A stretch of DNA of 64,000 bases. It comes from Mediterranea sp. GTDB lineage: Bacteria; Bacteroidota; Bacteroidia; Bacteroidales; Bacteroidaceae. Where the stretch lies: positions 318-64,317 of the forward strand of contig JAISHU010000024.1 of the NCBI GenBank assembly GCA_031262385.1. The letters run 5' to 3'. Below are positions 11,144 to 22,088 of this stretch, one piece after another; positions within the stretch are counted from its first letter, which is position 1, and every line of letters begins with the position of its first letter. The notes beneath the pieces were generated by a model. It did not search any database. It saw only the letters and a program-made list of their open reading frames with translations, and was not told where the DNA came from. A program made the position numbers and the translations under genes.

Positions 11144-11551
11144 CTATTCTTCCGGTTTCTTGAACGAAAACTCATCGGAATTTAAGGAAACAATGACTGT
11201 CGAAGCATCTTTTTTGAATCTGTTTTTAATCTTATTGGCTTCCTTTATCAACTTGCCTTTGTTTTCCGAGAAGTATATCATGCATGTATAGTTGGGTTTA
11301 TTCAACTCATATTCCACATACGTTTGCATTTGGTTGCTGTATAGCGGTCGGTTCGGCAAGAAACCATTTTGGAGTTTCACGCTGTCTAAAACCTGTGGTT
11401 CTGACATATAAACCACCGTGTCGTTGAAAGAAGCGGCGAGTCCGAAGGCATACACCACTTTTTCTTTCTCGCCTTTTTCTTTTGCCGGCGAAAAAGCCGA
11501 CGACAAGACGAGTACCAATGCGAGAGTCAAGAAGATTCGGAAGTATTTCAT
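11144..11551 (-). CDS. Hypothetical exported protein
   Basis: 135-aa ORF with a signal peptide, immediately downstream of rpoD on the same strand. Confidence 0.75.
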   Translation of the reverse strand: MKYFRIFLTLALVLVLSSAFSPAKEKGEKEKVVYAFGLAASFNDTVVYMSEPQVLDSVKLQNGFLPNRPLYSNQMQTYVEYELNKPNYTCMIYFSENKGKLIKEANKIKNRFKKDASTVIVSLNSDEFSFKKPEE

Positions 11552-11555
11552 TTTA

Positions 11556-12416
11556 TTATCCCAGATAAGATTTGAGCAGTTTGCTACGGTTGCTGGTTCT
11601 CAGTCGGCGGATGGCTTTCTCCTTAATCTGTCGTACGCGCTCGCGTGTCAAGCCAAACTTATCTCCAATCTCTTCGAGCGTCATCTCTTGTTGACCGATA
11701 CCGAAGAACATGCGGATGATGTCTTTTTCGCGTTCGGTAAGCGTAGAAAGTGCGCGGTCAATTTCTCTGGAGAGCGACTCGTTGACTAATGTGCGGTCGG
11801 CCATAGGAGAGTCGTCGTTTACCAATACATCGAGCAAGCTGTTGTCTTCACCTTCTACGAAAGGAGCATCTACCGAGATGTGGCGTCCGGAGACTTTCAG
11901 CGTATCTGATATTTTCTCGACCGGTATATCCAGTTCTTCCGACAATTCTTCGGGCGAGGGACGACGTTCGTTGGCTTGTTCGAATTTAGAGAAGGCTTTG
12001 CTGATTTTGTTTAGTGAACCTACTTGATTTAGTGGTAACCGTACAATACGCGATTGTTCGGCTAATGCCTGCAAAATGGATTAACGTATCCACCACACAG
12101 CGTAGCTGATAAATTTAAACCCGCGTGTTTCGTCAAACTTTTCTGCTGCTTTGATGAGTCCTAAGTTTCCTTCGTTTATCAAGTCGGGAAGACTTAATCC
12201 TTGGTTCTGATACTGCTTGGCAACGGACACAACAAAGCGAAGATTGGCACGCGTAAGACGTTCCAATGCTTGTCTGTCTCCTTTGCGAATGCGTTGAGCG
12301 AGTTCAACTTCTTCTTCGACTGTAATGAGGTCCTCGCGACCGATTTCCTGCAAATACTTGTCAAGAGAAGCACTCTCTCTGTTGGTAATACTTTTGGTGA
12401 TTTTTAATTGTCTCAT
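11556..12416 (-). pseudogene. rpoD: Primary sigma-70 factor (RpoD/SigA, Bacteroidota short type), interrupted as sequenced by an in-frame TAA at codon 112
   Basis: The two ORF-track fragments are in one frame: [14 protein letters not shown]...[18 protein letters not shown]...[12 protein letters not shown]. The stop is at 12081-12083. It may be a sequence error rather than a true pseudogene. Confidence 0.9.
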
Positions 12417-12502
12417 CTTTCTGTTATGCGGATTTGGGCGCAAATTTACTACAAAAAAATAGCTCTGTATGCAAATTAACGACATTTATTATATAAGTAA
12501 AC

Positions 12503-12541
12503 AAAAAGGGTGTCGGAATTGTTGCTCCCGACACCCTTTTT
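12503..12541 (-). terminator. Intrinsic terminator after degP
   Basis: AAAAAGGGTGTCGG...CCGACACCCTTTTT hairpin with A/T tails. Confidence 0.8.
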
Positions 12542-12572
12542 AATATGCGCTATCCGCGTCTTTTTACCTTTT

Positions 12573-14147
12573 TTATTCTTGCGTCAAATCTACTGCATAA
12601 TTGGCGCGTTTACCCGACGGGAACATACCCGAGATAAACAGTACTTGGTCGGGCGATTTGGTTGCATCGGCAAATACTTTCTTCAAGTCGTCTTCGCTTT
12701 TGATGCTCGTACCGTTCGCCTTTAGTATGATGAAACCTTTGCGGATGCCTGCATCGGACATTTTGCCTGCAGTTACACCGGTTACTTCCAATCCGTAGCT
12801 CAGGTTAAGCTCTTTCTTGACGTCCGCCGATATGGGCTTGAAGGCTGCACCGAGCAGTTCCATGCCGGCAGCTTTAACCACTTTGGTGTTGCCTTGCTCG
12901 TTTTTGAGTTCTACCTCCACGGTTTTCTCTTTTTTATCGCGAACCACTTTCACTTTTATTTTGTCGCCGGGACGATGTTTAGCTAAAGCCTCTTGCAGGT
13001 CGCCAAACTTATGGATGGTTTGTCCGTCTATACCTATAATAATATCGTTTACTTTGATGTCGGCACTTGCAGCGGAACCACCTTCTATCACTTCATCTAT
13101 CAGCAATCCTTCTACGCGACCGTATTTATCGCGTGCTTCCTTCTTCAATTCGCTTAACGTCTTACCGCTTTGGTCGATCCTTTGCATGTCTGCCATGTTT
13201 TCGGCAAGATCCAGTATGGCTACACCCAACTTCACGCGTTGTACGGTGCCATATTGTTTCAGGTCGGCTACCACCTTTTTCATAATGCTGGTGGGAATGG
13301 CAAATCCGTAGCCGGTGTTGGCACCGGTGGGCGAATAAAGGGCAGCGTTGATACCAACCAATTCACCGCGTACATTTACCAAGGCACCGCCGCTGTTACC
13401 GGCGTTAATAGCGGCATCGGTCTGTATAAACGAGTCAATAGATGGCTTGCCGGTTGTCTTTTCTATATCCAGCGAACGCGCTTTGGCACTTACGATGCCT
13501 GCGGTTACGGTAGAGTTCAGGTTGAACGGGTTACCCACGGCAAGTACCCACTCACCCACCTTCAAAGCATCCGAGTCGCCTACGGGTAGGGTGGGGAAGT
13601 CGTCGCCTTCTATCTTCAACAAGGCGAGGTCGCTCATCTCGTCGGCACCAATTACGCGGGCTTTGAACTGACGGTTGTCGTTCAGTGTTACGGTTATTGC
13701 ATCGGCATTGGCAATCACGTGATTATTGGTTACGATGTAGCCGTCTTTCGATATGATGACGCCCGAACCTGTACCGCTACGTTCGGGTTGTTGTTGCATG
13801 CGTCGTTGCTGACCTCCACGGTTACCGCGACCACCGCCAAAGAAATCAAAGAAGTCGAAGAAGGGGTCTTGTTGTACCTCTACTTCGCGGGCGCTCTGCG
13901 TAGAGCGTATATGTACAACGGCGTGTACCGAGTTTTCGGCAGCTTGCGTTAAATCCACGGGTTGAGCATCTACCGCATCAAACGAAGCCAGTTTTACATT
14001 CGGATTCTGCCTGAACATCTCGTTGAAGGATGTGTTGTCCTCTTGCGGATGTGCTTGCAGCATCTTATAGGTGGTTAACCCGGCTACTCCCGAGCTGAGA
14101 ATCACAATTGCAGCAACTCCCAGAATGTTTTTTGTAGTTTGTTTCAT
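12573..14147 (-). CDS. degP: DegP/HtrA (Do family) serine endoprotease with PDZ domains
   Basis: TNNHVI, DLA and GNSGGAL catalytic triad motifs, N-terminal membrane anchor, C-terminal PDZ-like regions. Confidence 0.93.
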   Translation of the reverse strand: MKQTTKNILGVAAIVILSSGVAGLTTYKMLQAHPQEDNTSFNEMFRQNPNVKLASFDAVDAQPVDLTQAAENSVHAVVHIRSTQSAREVEVQQDPFFDFFDFFGGGRGNRGGQQRRMQQQPERSGTGSGVIISKDGYIVTNNHVIANADAITVTLNDNRQFKARVIGADEMSDLALLKIEGDDFPTLPVGDSDALKVGEWVLAVGNPFNLNSTVTAGIVSAKARSLDIEKTTGKPSIDSFIQTDAAINAGNSGGALVNVRGELVGINAALYSPTGANTGYGFAIPTSIMKKVVADLKQYGTVQRVKLGVAILDLAENMADMQRIDQSGKTLSELKKEARDKYGRVEGLLIDEVIEGGSAASADIKVNDIIIGIDGQTIHKFGDLQEALAKHRPGDKIKVKVVRDKKEKTVEVELKNEQGNTKVVKAAGMELLGAAFKPISADVKKELNLSYGLEVTGVTAGKMSDAGIRKGFIILKANGTSIKSEDDLKKVFADATKSPDQVLFISGMFPSGKRANYAVDLTQE

Positions 14148-14370
14148 ACGAGTTATAGTTTGTTTTAATTGTTAATTTCAAATTTCGCTTTAACCTTTCG
14201 ACGTTAAAAGAACAACAAAATCCGTACTCTTATTTCTCCTGTCATGATTTTTTCTTCTCTTTTAACAGAGGAGTTTTAGAGCTTAACAGCGGTTAACGAC
14301 ACAGCCTGACATTTTTGCATTTATATGTCATGTCCGAAGTGTTAACGGGTAATTCGGAGTTGGGTATCTG

Positions 14371-15525
14371 TCAGGCTTTTACAACTCCGATGCCGGGCAA
14401 ATTCGTTAGTGTAATCTTGCCTTTTATCACCTCCATACCTTTAAAGCGGTCGTTTGAGATAAGCAAGTTGCCGTCCAAATCGGCAAAATCTACTGCGGGC
14501 GATAATTGGGCGGCTGCCGAGCAAGCACACGAAGTTTCGGTCATACAGCCCACCATAACTCTCATATTTAATGCACGTGCCAATGTTATCATTTTCCATG
14601 CTTCGCGCATGCCGGTGCATTTCATTAGTTTGATGTTGATGCCTGTAAAGATGCCTTTCAGCGGGGCGATGTCTTTGAGACGTTGCAACGATTCGTCGGC
14701 AAAGACGGGCAGCGGACTGCGTTCGGTGACCCATGCCGTGTCGTCGAGTTGCTCTTTGGGCATAGGTTGTTCTATCATTACGATACCCTGTTCGTTCAGC
14801 CAGTGTATCATGTCGAGGGCGTAGTGTTTGTCTTTCCAGCCTTGGTTGGCATCTATGGCAATGGGAAGGTCGGTAACACTGCGGATGGTCTCTATCATCT
14901 CTTTGTCATTGTCGCGTCCCAGTTTCACCTTTAATATATTAAAGCGGTCGGCGCATTCGCGTGTTTTCTGCCGCACCACGTCGGGGGTGTCTATGCCAAT
15001 GGTAAAGGTGGTATCGGGTGTCTTTTCCTTGTTGAGTCCCCATAGCTTATACCAAGGTGCTTGCAGCAATTTGCCGGTGAGGTCGTGTAGGGCAATGTCC
15101 ACGGCAGCTTTGGCGGCGGTGTCGGCAGGCGACAGACTGTCGACGTATGACAAAATGTCATCCAGTTGGAACGGGTCGGCAAACTGTTCCAGATTGACTT
15201 TCTGCAAGAAGGCTGTTACGCTTTGTACTGTCTCGCCCAAATAGGGAGGCATGGAGGCTTCGCCGTAACCGATGATACCGTCGTATTCTATCTCCACTTG
15301 CACGTCGGGGGTAGTGGTACGCGAATAGGTAGCCACAGTAAAGACGTGTTGCAGTTGTAGCTCGTAAGGGAAAAAACGAAGTTGCATTTTGGGGGTAATT
15401 CCGCTCTTACCGATGTTGAACAGTGCCGGTGCGGGCGTAGTGCGGGCGAAAAGTGTATTGGCAACCACCCCCGAACCCAATGCGGCAAAGGCGGCTGTTT
15501 TCAGGAAATCTCTTCGGTTTTGCAT
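14371..15525 (-). CDS. L-Ala-D/L-Glu dipeptide epimerase (enolase superfamily) with Tat signal
   Basis: NRRDFLK twin-arginine leader; KVK, DANQ, EQP, ADES, NIKLMK and DLD motifs. Confidence 0.9.
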   Translation of the reverse strand: MQNRRDFLKTAAFAALGSGVVANTLFARTTPAPALFNIGKSGITPKMQLRFFPYELQLQHVFTVATYSRTTTPDVQVEIEYDGIIGYGEASMPPYLGETVQSVTAFLQKVNLEQFADPFQLDDILSYVDSLSPADTAAKAAVDIALHDLTGKLLQAPWYKLWGLNKEKTPDTTFTIGIDTPDVVRQKTRECADRFNILKVKLGRDNDKEMIETIRSVTDLPIAIDANQGWKDKHYALDMIHWLNEQGIVMIEQPMPKEQLDDTAWVTERSPLPVFADESLQRLKDIAPLKGIFTGINIKLMKCTGMREAWKMITLARALNMRVMVGCMTETSCACSAAAQLSPAVDFADLDGNLLISNDRFKGMEVIKGKITLTNLPGIGVVKA

Positions 15526-15556
15526 ATGGATGAGTTTTGAGTTTATAAGTTCGGGG

Positions 15557-16519
15557 CTATTTATAGTAGGGGTTTGTTGCGGTGGTGTTCAGTCCCTTCT
15601 CTTTGTCGATAAGGGGTAATATGCGTGCGGCAAACAGCAGTCGTCCCAAGTTAAATGCGTCGAACAGTGGGTCTGCCGCATCGAAGCTACTGATGTGCAC
15701 GTCGCCTTGTGCGTGGATAAAACGTTTGTTTCCTATGTACAATCCCACGTGCACCACTCGTTCTTTTTGTTCCGCCGTGGCTTGTCGCCCGAAGAATACA
15801 AAGTCGCCCGGTTGCAGGTTGTCAAAGTCGGGTGCAATCTCCAAGCGTTGTCCGGTAAGCGCCTGTTGTGAAGCATCGCGCGGAATGATGATGTCGTGCA
15901 TGTAGAGGATGTTACGGATAAATCCGCTGCAATCCATTCCTTTGGACGAGGTGCCTGCCCATAGGTAAGGTACCCCCAGCAGCGTGTAGGCTGTACTGAT
16001 GATGCTTGCGGCATCTTGCTTCAGCGAAGCGCGCCATTTGTTTTCGTGCATCGCCATCTTCTTGGATATATAACCTGTGCGTCCGTCGGGATACGACACC
16101 TTATAATATCGACCTTTCTTCCCTTCGTATTTCAGACGGTCGCCTGCCACCACATCGCTCACCGTCTGCGATTTCTCGTTGGCACGTTCGTGTACAAAGC
16201 CATAGTGAGCCGTTACCACCACCTTTTCGGCTGCATTCCATGCGCGCAACTCCGAGTTGCTCATCAGACAGATGCCGCCATAGTGCACCCAGCCGGTGTA
16301 GTCGTCGGGTGTCTGAATGTGATACCAACCCTTCTCTTCCAGCACGTGTACAGGCATGCCCATTAACCCTTGCGTAATCATCTCCGACGAGAAGTCTGCC
16401 GCTGCATGCAAGTTACATACCGATAGGTTTACCACCGCATATCTTTTTTCGGGTGTTGCGGCAGCCACGTTCGCGGTCAGCCACAGCAATAAGAAGGAAA
16501 TAAGAATCGCTTTTTTCAT
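15557..16519 (-). CDS. SH3 plus NlpC/P60 (C40) gamma-D-glutamyl dipeptidyl peptidase, YkfC-like
   Basis: PYLWAG...DCSG, HVGLY, FIHA; signal peptide; adjacent to the epimerase. Confidence 0.9.
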   Translation of the reverse strand: MKKAILISFLLLWLTANVAAATPEKRYAVVNLSVCNLHAAADFSSEMITQGLMGMPVHVLEEKGWYHIQTPDDYTGWVHYGGICLMSNSELRAWNAAEKVVVTAHYGFVHERANEKSQTVSDVVAGDRLKYEGKKGRYYKVSYPDGRTGYISKKMAMHENKWRASLKQDAASIISTAYTLLGVPYLWAGTSSKGMDCSGFIRNILYMHDIIIPRDASQQALTGQRLEIAPDFDNLQPGDFVFFGRQATAEQKERVVHVGLYIGNKRFIHAQGDVHISSFDAADPLFDAFNLGRLLFAARILPLIDKEKGLNTTATNPYYK

Positions 16520-16637
16520 GAGTGGGAGTTATTTATAAGTTATTGCGCCAACAAAGGTAGCGTAAAGTATCTTTATATTGCATTATAACGCCGGGTTAAA
16601 GGCAAAGATTTCTTGTTTTACGTACTTTTGCACCACA

Positions 16638-18548
16638 ATGGAATCATCTATCAACAAAAATAGCTCTCCCGCTACGCACTTATTGCAACAAGAAGCCTTG
16701 CTGCGGCAAGAGTATGAGTACGAAAAGCAGGAATACGAACGTCAAGCCGAAACCATGGGCGTAGCTCGCAAAGTAAAGCGGGGTATGTGTTGGTTTCCGG
16801 TGTCGGCGGGACGAAGCTATTACAACTCGCTCAACCAGTTGGTGCTCGAAATCACCCGCACCGAAGACATTGAAATTGAACATCTTTTTGAGTTCGGTCG
16901 TCCGATATGCTTTTTCAGTCAGTCCGCCGACGGAGGCATCCGTTTCTTGCCGTTTACGGCTACCGTCAGTTACGCCGACGACACGCGCATGGTGGCTATA
17001 ATGCCCGGTACTTCTGCGATAACGGAACTTCAAGCTGTCGACCGACCGGGTGTGCAACTCTATTTCGACGAAACGACTTACCGTACGATGTTCGAGGCGC
17101 TTGCCGATGTGCGTCGTGCGAACGGCAATCGCCTTGCCGAACTGCGCGAACTGCTGCTGGGAAACGTAAAACCCGGTTTCCGCGAATTGCATCCGGTACG
17201 TTTTCCGTGGCTGAACGCGACGCAAGAAAGCGCAGTCAACAAAATACTCTGCGCACGCGACGTGGCTGTGGTGCACGGTCCTCCCGGAACCGGTAAAACC
17301 ACTACGCTGGTTGAGGCGGTTTACGAAGTGTTGCACCGCGAACCGCAAGTGTTGGTGTGTGCCCAAAGCAACACGGCTGTCGACTGGATTAGCGAACAGT
17401 TGGTAGACCGTGGTGTAAGTGTGTTGCGCATAGGTAACCCTTCGCGGGTGGACGATAAGATGCTGTCGTTTACCTACGAACGCCGCTTCGAAAATCATCC
17501 GTCGTATCCCGAACTGTGGGCTATCCGCAAAGCCATTCGTGAGACTGTGGGCAATCGCCGACGCGGCAGTTATGCCGAACGCGAAAGTGCACGCAACCGC
17601 CTGAGTCGACTACGCGACCGCTCCACACAATTGGAGATGCAAATCAATGCCGACCTGTTTGCCTCGGCGCACGTCATCGCATCGACCCTTGTAGGGAGCA
17701 ACCACCGTTTGCTCAACGGTTTTAAGTGCGGTACTCTCTTTATCGATGAAGCTGCCCAAGCCATGGAAGCGGCTTGCTGGATTGCCATTCGCAAAGCCGA
17801 CCGTGTGGTTCTGGCAGGCGACCATTGTCAACTGCCTCCCACCATTAAATGTATAGAGGCGGCGCGTGGCGGATTGGATAAAACGTTGATGGAACAAGTT
17901 GTGGAGCGGCATCCGTCCGCCGTATCGCTGCTAACCATACAATATCGTATGAGCAAATCCATTATGGAATTTCCTTCGCGCTGGTTTTACGGCGGACGGC
18001 TGGAAGCTGCCCCTCAAGTGAATTATCGCGGCATATTGGATTGGGATACGCCTATCACTTGGATAGACACTTCCGAACAAGATTTTAAGGAGGAGTTTGT
18101 CGGTGACACCTTCGGTCGTATCAACCGCGACGAAGCCGAACTACTGCTTAGCGAACTGGAGGCTTACATCAAACACATAGGCGGTCACCGCATTCTCGAC
18201 GAGCGTATCAGCTTCGGCATTATCTCGCCTTACAGGGCACAAGTGCAATATCTGCGCAGCCGTCTCCGTTCGGCGGCTTTTTTCCGTCCCTACCGGTCGT
18301 TGCTCACGGTGCATACCGTCGACGGGTTTCAAGGACAAGAGCGCGATGTAATCTTTATCAGTCTTGTTCGTGCCAACGAGCAGGGTGATATAGGTTTCTT
18401 GCGCGACTTGCGTCGTATGAACGTTGCCATTACCCGTGCCCGCATGAAACTGGTGATATTGGGTGATGCGCAAACCATGCAACGCCACCGTTTTTACCGC
18501 GAACTGCTGCAATACATTCGCACGGTGACCGGCGAATTGCAGATGTAG
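16638..18548 (+). CDS. Superfamily 1 (Upf1/IGHMBP2-like) helicase
   Basis: GPPGTGKT, DEAAQ, GDHCQLPP, QYRM, TVDGFQGQE, NVAITRAR. Confidence 0.92.
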   Translation: MESSINKNSSPATHLLQQEALLRQEYEYEKQEYERQAETMGVARKVKRGMCWFPVSAGRSYYNSLNQLVLEITRTEDIEIEHLFEFGRPICFFSQSADGGIRFLPFTATVSYADDTRMVAIMPGTSAITELQAVDRPGVQLYFDETTYRTMFEALADVRRANGNRLAELRELLLGNVKPGFRELHPVRFPWLNATQESAVNKILCARDVAVVHGPPGTGKTTTLVEAVYEVLHREPQVLVCAQSNTAVDWISEQLVDRGVSVLRIGNPSRVDDKMLSFTYERRFENHPSYPELWAIRKAIRETVGNRRRGSYAERESARNRLSRLRDRSTQLEMQINADLFASAHVIASTLVGSNHRLLNGFKCGTLFIDEAAQAMEAACWIAIRKADRVVLAGDHCQLPPTIKCIEAARGGLDKTLMEQVVERHPSAVSLLTIQYRMSKSIMEFPSRWFYGGRLEAAPQVNYRGILDWDTPITWIDTSEQDFKEEFVGDTFGRINRDEAELLLSELEAYIKHIGGHRILDERISFGIISPYRAQVQYLRSRLRSAAFFRPYRSLLTVHTVDGFQGQERDVIFISLVRANEQGDIGFLRDLRRMNVAITRARMKLVILGDAQTMQRHRFYRELLQYIRTVTGELQM

Positions 18549-18594
18549 CAGGATAAATAACTGCCCTTATTAAGAGTTTACTCATGTGTACCGC

Positions 18595-19162
18595 CTCATT
18601 AGCACGTTAGTATATTGACGTATTGGTGCATTATTCCAAATTTATGCATCACAATGTCACAATATTGTGCTTTTTGCTAACTCGTACTTTGCCAAAAACG
18701 TGCCTTTAAACCGCACGCGATGCATTATCTCCCGCAACTTAACGAACTAACTCCGCGGAAACAACGAATCAACTCGGCGGAAACAATGAATCATCCGCAC
18801 GGAAACAACGAACTGTCGACGCGAAAACAACGAATTAACTGCCCGCCGAATAAATTATCTCGGCAAGTTAGCCTGTATATCCCGGCAAATTATTGTGTTA
18901 TCTCGGCAAGTTATCGTGCTAACTTGCCGAGATAATTTCATAAAGTTCTTTTTGGGGCTTCTTTTTCGCGCTGAAGGCGCTTTTAGTATTTTGACATAAT
19001 TTCTTCGTATCTTTCTGTGAGTATGCGTATTAAGGTGCTATTTTTACATAGTTTAACGCGCTACACTCGCGCGAAAGTCACGAAGCCGTCCCTCAGTCCG
19101 AAATAGGGGCGTTTTTCGAGGGTTCGTTTGACGTTTTGACACTTTGATAAGGAGTGCGTCGT
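18595..19162 (-). repeat. ~560-bp dispersed intergenic element, copy 2 (inverted)
   Basis: Reverse complement aligns with copy 1. Lies between the convergent helicase and GH3 genes. Confidence 0.95.
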
Positions 19163-19170
19163 CGCATCTC

Positions 19171-21504
19171 TTATTTATTTGCTGTCTCCCACTTCCGTGT
19201 CTCTGCGCAAGTAACATTCAGCGTTTGGTTGCCTGCCTGCATGCGGAAATCACCTTTCTCCAGTATCCACTTACCATCATACCCCACAAAGGCGAGGTCT
19301 GAAGCTTTGACTTTAAGCGTTACCGTCTTGGTCTCGCCCGGTTGCAGACTGACCTTTTCGAAAGCACGCAAGCGGCGGATGTCGGGTGTGAGCGAAGCAA
19401 CCAAGTCGCTGCTAAAGAGCAACACGCTCTCTTTGCCGGCGCGCGTGCCGGTGTTGGTAACATCGACGGTGAACGTCAGCACGTCGTCGTCGGTGAACGA
19501 ACTTTTATCGACGCGCAGGTTGCTGTAGGCGTAGCTTGTGTAGCTCAATCCGTAGCCGAATGCCCATTGTACCGACAACACTGCATCGTAGTTGTAGGCG
19601 CCTTCCATGCGGTCGACGTTTTCGCTGGGCTTGTAGTCGTAGGTATTCAGCGAGTTTATCTCTTTAGGATAGGTGTAAGGCATCTTGCCGCTGAAGTTGG
19701 CATCGCCGGCTACGAGGTTTGCCAATGCATCGCCTCCGTAGTTGCCGGGAAGCATGATGTTGACCACCGCTTTAGATAAAGGTTCTATCTCGTTGAGGAT
19801 GCGCGGGCGACCTTCGTTGAGTATAAGGATGACAGGCTTTCCGGTGGCGGCGAGTGCCTTCACTAAGTCGAGTTGGTTGGGCGAAAGGAACAGATTGGTG
19901 AGGTTGCCCGGCGTTTCGCAGTACGAGTTTTCGCCGATACAAGCGACGATATAATCCACACCGGCGGCAGCTTCGACCGCTTTCTCAATTTCGGGCGTGT
20001 TTTCTTCCCACCAGTTGCCGCGGGCTTTGTAGGTTACTCCCGGTTCGTACACTATGTTGTCGGCACCAAACTTAGCCGTAAACGATTCGAGTATGGTGTT
20101 GTAGTCGGCAGCGCAGGCATCGGCACGGTCGCCTTGCCAACTGTACGACCAACCACCGTTGAGCGTGCGCATGGAATTGGCGTTAGGGCCGGTAATGAGC
20201 AGACGCTTGCCTTGTGTCAACGGTAACAACCGGTCTTCGTTTTTCAGCAGTACCATCGACTCTTCGGCAGCTTGCAGCGCGGCGGCGGCGTGTTCGGGGC
20301 TGCCAAACAGCGGGAACTCTTGGTGGCGATAGTCGGGTGTTTCAAAGAGTCCCAGACGATATTTCAGACGCAGCACCCTTCGCACGGCGTCGTCAATGCG
20401 GCTCATCGGTACTTCGCCCTCTTCGACCAACTCTTTCAGCAGCGTGCAGAAGTTCCACGAATAGGGGTCCATAGACATGTCGATACCGGCGTTGATAGCT
20501 AGTTTGATAGCCTCTTTCTTATCGGCGGCTATCTTGTCGCGCGTGTAAAGGTTGTTGATGTCTGCCCAGTCGGTCACAATCATACCGTCCCATTGCAAAT
20601 CTTCTTTCAGCCATTTGGTAAGTAGTTCGTAGTTGGCGTGGAAAGGCAAGCCGTTGTTCATAGCGGAGTTCACCATTACCGACAACGCCCCCGCCTTGAT
20701 GCCTTCGAGAAAAGGTGCGAAATGTTTTTCGCGCATATCTTGCAAGGTGATGCTGGAAGGTGTGCGGTCTTTGCCCGATACCGGCACGCCGTAGCCCATG
20801 TAGTGTTTCAGCGTGGCGGCTACGCGGGTTTTGCCGATGTGGTTGGGGGCGTCACCTTGGAAACCCAGCACCGATTCGCGCCCCATTTCGGCATTGACGT
20901 AGCTGTCCTCACCATAGTTTTCCCACATGCGCGGCCAACGTGGGTCGCGTCCCAAGTCCAGTACGGGTGCATACGTCCAAGGAATGCTGCCCGCTTTGGT
21001 TTCGTAGGCAGATATGCGCGAACCTTCGCGCACCAATGCACGATTGAACGTCGCTGCCATGTTGATGCCTTGCGGAAAGAACGTTCCTCCCAACGTATAG
21101 GTAGTGCCGTGTATCTGGTCGACACCATATATACACGGTATGCCTATCTCTTTCATGGATTTTTCTTGGATGCGGCGGATGATAGCTTCCCACTTCTCTT
21201 TGGTTTGGGCAACGCCGAGAGGTACATTTAAGATGGAGCCAACTTTATACTTGCGTATCACCGAGTCGAGCATGGCTTCGTCTATCTGAAAGCCGTCGGC
21301 AGGATTACCACGCTTTGTAATGACGTCGATAGCAAGCTCGGTCATCTGCCCGATTTTTTCGTCGAGCGTCATCTTTTTCAGTAAAGTTTCCACTTTTTGT
21401 TCGATGCGCTCGTCGCGCGGAATGGCGGGAGAAACCTTGGTTTGCGCCGTCAACGACGACACAGAGGCACACAGAAGTGCCGATAAGAGTAAATTCATTC
21501 TCAT
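19171..21504 (-). CDS. GH3 beta-glucosidase (periplasmic)
   Basis: [19 protein letters not shown] nucleophile, C-terminal Fn3-like domain, signal peptide. Confidence 0.93.
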   Translation of the reverse strand: MRMNLLLSALLCASVSSLTAQTKVSPAIPRDERIEQKVETLLKKMTLDEKIGQMTELAIDVITKRGNPADGFQIDEAMLDSVIRKYKVGSILNVPLGVAQTKEKWEAIIRRIQEKSMKEIGIPCIYGVDQIHGTTYTLGGTFFPQGINMAATFNRALVREGSRISAYETKAGSIPWTYAPVLDLGRDPRWPRMWENYGEDSYVNAEMGRESVLGFQGDAPNHIGKTRVAATLKHYMGYGVPVSGKDRTPSSITLQDMREKHFAPFLEGIKAGALSVMVNSAMNNGLPFHANYELLTKWLKEDLQWDGMIVTDWADINNLYTRDKIAADKKEAIKLAINAGIDMSMDPYSWNFCTLLKELVEEGEVPMSRIDDAVRRVLRLKYRLGLFETPDYRHQEFPLFGSPEHAAAALQAAEESMVLLKNEDRLLPLTQGKRLLITGPNANSMRTLNGGWSYSWQGDRADACAADYNTILESFTAKFGADNIVYEPGVTYKARGNWWEENTPEIEKAVEAAAGVDYIVACIGENSYCETPGNLTNLFLSPNQLDLVKALAATGKPVILILNEGRPRILNEIEPLSKAVVNIMLPGNYGGDALANLVAGDANFSGKMPYTYPKEINSLNTYDYKPSENVDRMEGAYNYDAVLSVQWAFGYGLSYTSYAYSNLRVDKSSFTDDDVLTFTVDVTNTGTRAGKESVLLFSSDLVASLTPDIRRLRAFEKVSLQPGETKTVTLKVKASDLAFVGYDGKWILEKGDFRMQAGNQTLNVTCAETRKWETANK

Positions 21505-21612
21505 GGTGTTCGTTTTATTAAAGAGTTCCGATTGGGACAAAGGTAAATCAAATTTCGTAGTTCGGTTTCTTCTGTTTACTTTTGTAACCCATATCTGAAA
21601 CATTTAAGCACT

Positions 21613-22023
21613 ATGACACATCGTCTGAACACCAACAAGCAGTTTATGATAGGCAACGGCCTCTTGGCTTTTGCCGTCATTTTTGTGGTAGCCATTTTTG
21701 TCTACATGAGTTTGCGAACCCAGCAACAGAAAGCCGGTACGCACAACTACACGGAAACATACACGTTTACGCTGGTAAAAGGATTCGAAGGAGAATCGCT
21801 GTCGTTGCTGCTGAACGACAGTGTGCTGGCGAACCAAATCATCGCCGAAGAGCCTTTTAGCGTGCAGGTGAAACGCTTTGCCGACCAAAACGCCCTATTT
21901 ATTGTGGATAACCAAACCCAAAAATTCTCGCTCTTTGAGTTGAGCGAACGCGGAGGCAACTATCGCTTTCAGAAAGAAAACGGAGAGGTGAAACTGCTGC
22001 CGCAAAATAAATCGCCCTATTAA
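21613..22023 (+). CDS. Hypothetical membrane-anchored protein
   Basis: 136-aa ORF with one N-terminal hydrophobic helix, preceded by a TACTTTTG -7 box. Confidence 0.75.
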   Translation: MTHRLNTNKQFMIGNGLLAFAVIFVVAIFVYMSLRTQQQKAGTHNYTETYTFTLVKGFEGESLSLLLNDSVLANQIIAEEPFSVQVKRFADQNALFIVDNQTQKFSLFELSERGGNYRFQKENGEVKLLPQNKSPY

Positions 22024-22088
22024 ACTACACATTTCTTACCTTACCTCTCTAATCTCTCAAGCAATCTCGGGCAAAATTTAAACAGCTC

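Noticed and set aside
12081-12083. Genome-wide TAA reassignment as the explanation for the rpoD stop
   Set aside because: TAA terminates many genes here at the expected C-termini (rny, mfd, rpoD itself), and no other gene shows an internal TAA.
14170-14345. TTAAC repeats and TGACA...TGTCA upstream of degP as a stress-regulator site
   Set aside because: Plausible, but the motifs are short, irregularly spaced and in AT-rich DNA, so they cannot be supported from this window alone.
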